A stretch of DNA of 64,000 bases from the NCBI GenBank assembly GCA_963790305.1, contig CAWBOC010000001.1, forward strand, positions 1 through 64,000, read 5' to 3'. Within the stretch, counting starts at the first letter, position 1. Each line of letters begins with the position of its first letter. Positions 61,038 to 64,000 of this stretch are shown in pieces. A model generated the notes under the pieces. The model saw only the letters and a list, made by a program, of their open reading frames with translations. It had not been told where the DNA came from and made no database searches. The DNA is from an uncultured Gemmatimonadaceae bacterium (lineage in GTDB: Bacteria > Gemmatimonadota > Gemmatimonadetes > Gemmatimonadales > Gemmatimonadaceae). The position numbers were made by a program, and so were the translations under genes.

Positions 61038-62519
61038 TCATGGCTGTGGCGTCGCCGGGGGCGGCGTCTGCGGCTGTCCCCCCGACGGCTGCTGGCCGCC
61101 CTGCTGTCCCGGGCCAAGCGGCACTTGCGACTGCGGCCGCGAGGCGGCGCGCGTGGAATCGCGCGTCGCGCGAATGCGCCGCGCGCGCTCGAGCGCGCGT
61201 TCGACGCCAGCGTTGGCGATTTTCCAGTCGTACGTCTCACGCAGCAGCTCCGACACCTCGCTGGGCACGGGAACGAACTGCGCCTGATTGGCCAGGAGAC
61301 GATCGATGTACCCTTCAATGCGGGCAGCCGCGACACGCTCGCGCTCCTCCTCGGTCTTCGCGCTGTCCGACAGCTGTGCCGGGGCAACGCCGAGCTGCGT
61401 CCAGGCATTTCCGACAACCTGGGCGAAAGTGCCACGAAGCTGCGCAAGCTGCTGCGGGTCCATCGCGACCTTGGCGCTGTCGGCGGCGTGCAGGATGAGC
61501 TCGTTGCGCACCATGTTCTTGACGAACTGCCCAACGATCGAGTCCGGGGCCTGCGCAATCACCTGCTGCACCTGCTGGCGCTGCGGGAAGATGCGCACCC
61601 ACCGTCCGAACTTCTCGGCGGTGAAGTTGCCGATCCTCGTGGTGGCGAGCACGGTCTTGTCCTCGCGATGCGCATCGAGATCCGCGACCACCGCGCGAGC
61701 AACGGCAGGCGCGTCGTCCTTGAGCTGGACGTTGGCACCCGCCTCGAGGCCGGCAACGAAGGTGCTATCGGCGACCTGGGTGGCGCGGCGCTGCATGGCC
61801 GTGCCGAGCTCGCCACGCACCTCGGAGAACGGTGAGCGTCGGATGATGTGGTAGCCGAACTGCGTTTCGACGACCGGGGAGATCTGTCCCGGCTGCAGGC
61901 CGAGCACCGCCTGGTCGAATTCCTTGACCATCGCCCCACGCGGGAACAGCCCGAGGTTTCCCCCCTGCTGCTTTGCCGTGGGGTCGTCGTTGGTCTGACC
62001 GGCGATCTGGGCGAAGTTCGCGGCCGTCACGCGTGCGCGCGTGGCCTCGGCGCGTCGACGCACCGAATCCTTTTGCGCGGGCGACATGTCCGGCGTGGTG
62101 CGGAAGAGAATGTGGCGCGCCGCGAGGACCTCGCCCTGGACATAGCGCGACTCGTTCGTCGTCGAATCGTACTTCGGACCCTCGGCGAGCATTTTGTCGT
62201 GAAAGGCATTGACGCGTGCTTCGGCGATCATCGGCCAGAGCACTTTGTCCAGGCGCGCCGTGTCCTTGAGCGAATCCCCTGCCGCCGCCGCCTGACCGAG
62301 CAGCTGATAGTCGACCCACAGGCCGGAGAGGGTTCGCGCGAACTCGCTGGAGATCGGGAAGTCGGTGTTTCCGATCATCTCGGCCAGGCGCTCGACCGAG
62401 AGCTCCTGATCTTCGGCGCGCGCGGCGACGTCGACATGTGCGGTGAGCGCTTCCTTGAAGCCTTCACACGCGGCAAGCGTGAGGCCAGCCGCGACGACAG
62501 CGATCAACGAACGATTCAT
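61038..62519 (-). CDS. Parvulin-type PPIase lipoprotein
   Basis: Lipobox LAAC; ARHILF, GGNLG..MVKEFD, ETQFGYHII. Confidence 0.88.
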   Translation of the reverse strand: MNRSLIAVVAAGLTLAACEGFKEALTAHVDVAARAEDQELSVERLAEMIGNTDFPISSEFARTLSGLWVDYQLLGQAAAAGDSLKDTARLDKVLWPMIAEARVNAFHDKMLAEGPKYDSTTNESRYVQGEVLAARHILFRTTPDMSPAQKDSVRRRAEATRARVTAANFAQIAGQTNDDPTAKQQGGNLGLFPRGAMVKEFDQAVLGLQPGQISPVVETQFGYHIIRRSPFSEVRGELGTAMQRRATQVADSTFVAGLEAGANVQLKDDAPAVARAVVADLDAHREDKTVLATTRIGNFTAEKFGRWVRIFPQRQQVQQVIAQAPDSIVGQFVKNMVRNELILHAADSAKVAMDPQQLAQLRGTFAQVVGNAWTQLGVAPAQLSDSAKTEEERERVAAARIEGYIDRLLANQAQFVPVPSEVSELLRETYDWKIANAGVERALERARRIRATRDSTRAASRPQSQVPLGPGQQGGQQPSGGQPQTPPPATPQP

Positions 62520-64000
62520 TGGCGGATCGAACTCCGGAGATGTGGGGACGACTCGGGACTTCGCGAACGGTCCCGATCCGCGAGGAGACTACCGAGGGCG
62601 CGGACGAGCCCATCGAGAAGCGAGGCGCCGCCCTGTCGCGTGAGCTTCAGCGACAGCGGGTGCGCGCGCCGCACTTCCGCCTGGAACTGGACGTCGTGAA
62701 AGGCCGCGGTGAGCCCTTTGAGGCGCGGCACCGCATCCTCACGAAAGGTAATACGGGCCTCCTCACCGCGCACCAGGATGCCCTCGACCCCCAGACGACC
62801 GCCGAGAATTCGCAGCTTGGCGGCCGCGAGAAAGGCCTGTGCTGGCGGCGGCAGCGGTCCAAACCGGTCGCGCAGCTCCTCGCGCAGCGCGTCGACTTCA
62901 CCGGGCTCGGTGAGGGTCGTCAGGCGGCGATAGACGTCGAGCTTCGCCTCTTGAAGCGGCACGTAATCGTCGGGCAGATAGGTCGGCACGTCCATGGAGA
63001 CGTCGGCTGGCACGAGCCGGGGAGCTCCCTCGCCCCGCATGAGACGTTTGACGGTCTCGTCCAGCATTCGGAGATAGAGATCGAATCCCACCGCCTGCAC
63101 GAATCCCGACTGCTCGGGACCAAGGAGGTTGCCCGCGCCGCGGAGCTCGAGATCCTTGAGCGCGACACGATACCCCGACCCGAGCTCGGTGTGATGCTCC
63201 AGCACCTGCAGCCGACGCTCGGCGTCCTCGTCCACGGCGTCAGGAACGAGCAGGTAGCAATAGGCGCGGCGATGCGAGCGCCCGACGCGCCCCCGCAGCT
63301 GGTAAAGCTGCGCGAGACCGAAGTGATCGGCACGATTGACGAACATCGTGTTCGCGTTCGGAACGTCGAGCCCCGATTCGACGATCATGGTCGAGACGAG
63401 AACATCGACTTCTCCTCCCACGAATTTGCGCATCACCTCTTCCAGATCGCGCTCACGCATTTGCCCGTGACCGACGGCCACGCGCGCGCGCGGCGCGAGA
63501 CGTCGAACGTGATCGGCAATCGCCTCAATGGTGTCGATGCGATTGTGCACGAAAAACACCTGACCGCCGCGGTCGACCTCGCGGGCGATGCCTTCTTCGA
63601 TGAGGCCGTCGTCCCACGGCTCGACGAATGTGAGCACGGGTGAACGATCGCGCGGCGGAGTCTGAATCAGCGTCATGTCGCGCAGCCCGGCGAGCGACAG
63701 GTGCAGCGTGCGCGGGATCGGGGTCGCGGTGAGCGTCAGAACGTCGGTGGCCAGCCGAAGCTGCTTCAGCTTCTCCTTGTGCTTCACCCCAAAGCGGTGC
63801 TCCTCGTCGACGACGATGAGGCCGAGGTCGCCGAAGCCGACATCGTCGCTGAGCAAACGGTGCGTTCCGATCATGATGTCGATCTTCTTCGCCACGAGAT
63901 CGGTGAGCAGTACGGATTGCTCCTTCGGCGTCTGGAAACGCGACAGCGTCTCGACGCGAATGGGAAAGTCCGCCAGCCGCTCGCTGAAGGTTCGTCCATG
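62516..64000 (-). CDS. mfd: Transcription-repair coupling factor, 3' part (continues beyond the window)
   Basis: DEEHRFGV, TATPIPRTL, QLRGRVGRS, DLELRGAGNLLG, TRCF domain. Confidence 0.97.
   Translation of the reverse strand, partial: HGRTFSERLADFPIRVETLSRFQTPKEQSVLLTDLVAKKIDIMIGTHRLLSDDVGFGDLGLIVVDEEHRFGVKHKEKLKQLRLATDVLTLTATPIPRTLHLSLAGLRDMTLIQTPPRDRSPVLTFVEPWDDGLIEEGIAREVDRGGQVFFVHNRIDTIEAIADHVRRLAPRARVAVGHGQMRERDLEEVMRKFVGGEVDVLVSTMIVESGLDVPNANTMFVNRADHFGLAQLYQLRGRVGRSHRRAYCYLLVPDAVDEDAERRLQVLEHHTELGSGYRVALKDLELRGAGNLLGPEQSGFVQAVGFDLYLRMLDETVKRLMRGEGAPRLVPADVSMDVPTYLPDDYVPLQEAKLDVYRRLTTLTEPGEVDALREELRDRFGPLPPPAQAFLAAAKLRILGGRLGVEGILVRGEEARITFREDAVPRLKGLTAAFHDVQFQAEVRRAHPLSLKLTRQGGASLLDGLVRALGSLLADRDRSRSPESSPHLRSSIRQ

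Noticed and set aside
59678..61558. 626-aa SurA and 200-aa S4 ORFs as given in the track
   Set aside because: The N-terminal extensions overlap upstream genes; family-consistent starts are 61000 and 59676

Overview
High-GC bacterial chromosomal window, probably Gemmatimonadota (16S-like gene, SusC/SusD pair, PadR-ADOP module, transmembrane BTAD-TPR regulator); the taxonomy is an inference, not a database result. It is mostly core genome: a mycobacterial Sdh1-type succinate dehydrogenase operon, HemQ/ChdC, a uppS-paralogue/DUF4153 operon, UPF0182, efp, tesA-ybbAP, actP, typA, pilT, CDF and CNNM transporters, and mfd-ppiC-surA-S4-pdxA, plus 10 tRNAs and one 16S rRNA. Main unexplained structure: (1) about a dozen intergenic elements made of 7-nt or 8/9-nt tandem units, mostly in inverted arms, some bracketing whole genes; (2) a 16S gene with its own promoter, processing stem and terminator-like hairpin, no adjacent 23S, and tRNA-Ile displaced 4.9 kb downstream; (3) D-(S/T)-hydrophobic motifs (Bacteroidota O-glycosylation sequon) concentrated in exported proteins, including a 60-aa lipoprotein rich in them; (4) a 28-aa membrane peptide ORF missed by the ORF track; (5) candidate operators; (6) two single-base frameshifts. 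No integrase, transposase or CRISPR array was recognised.
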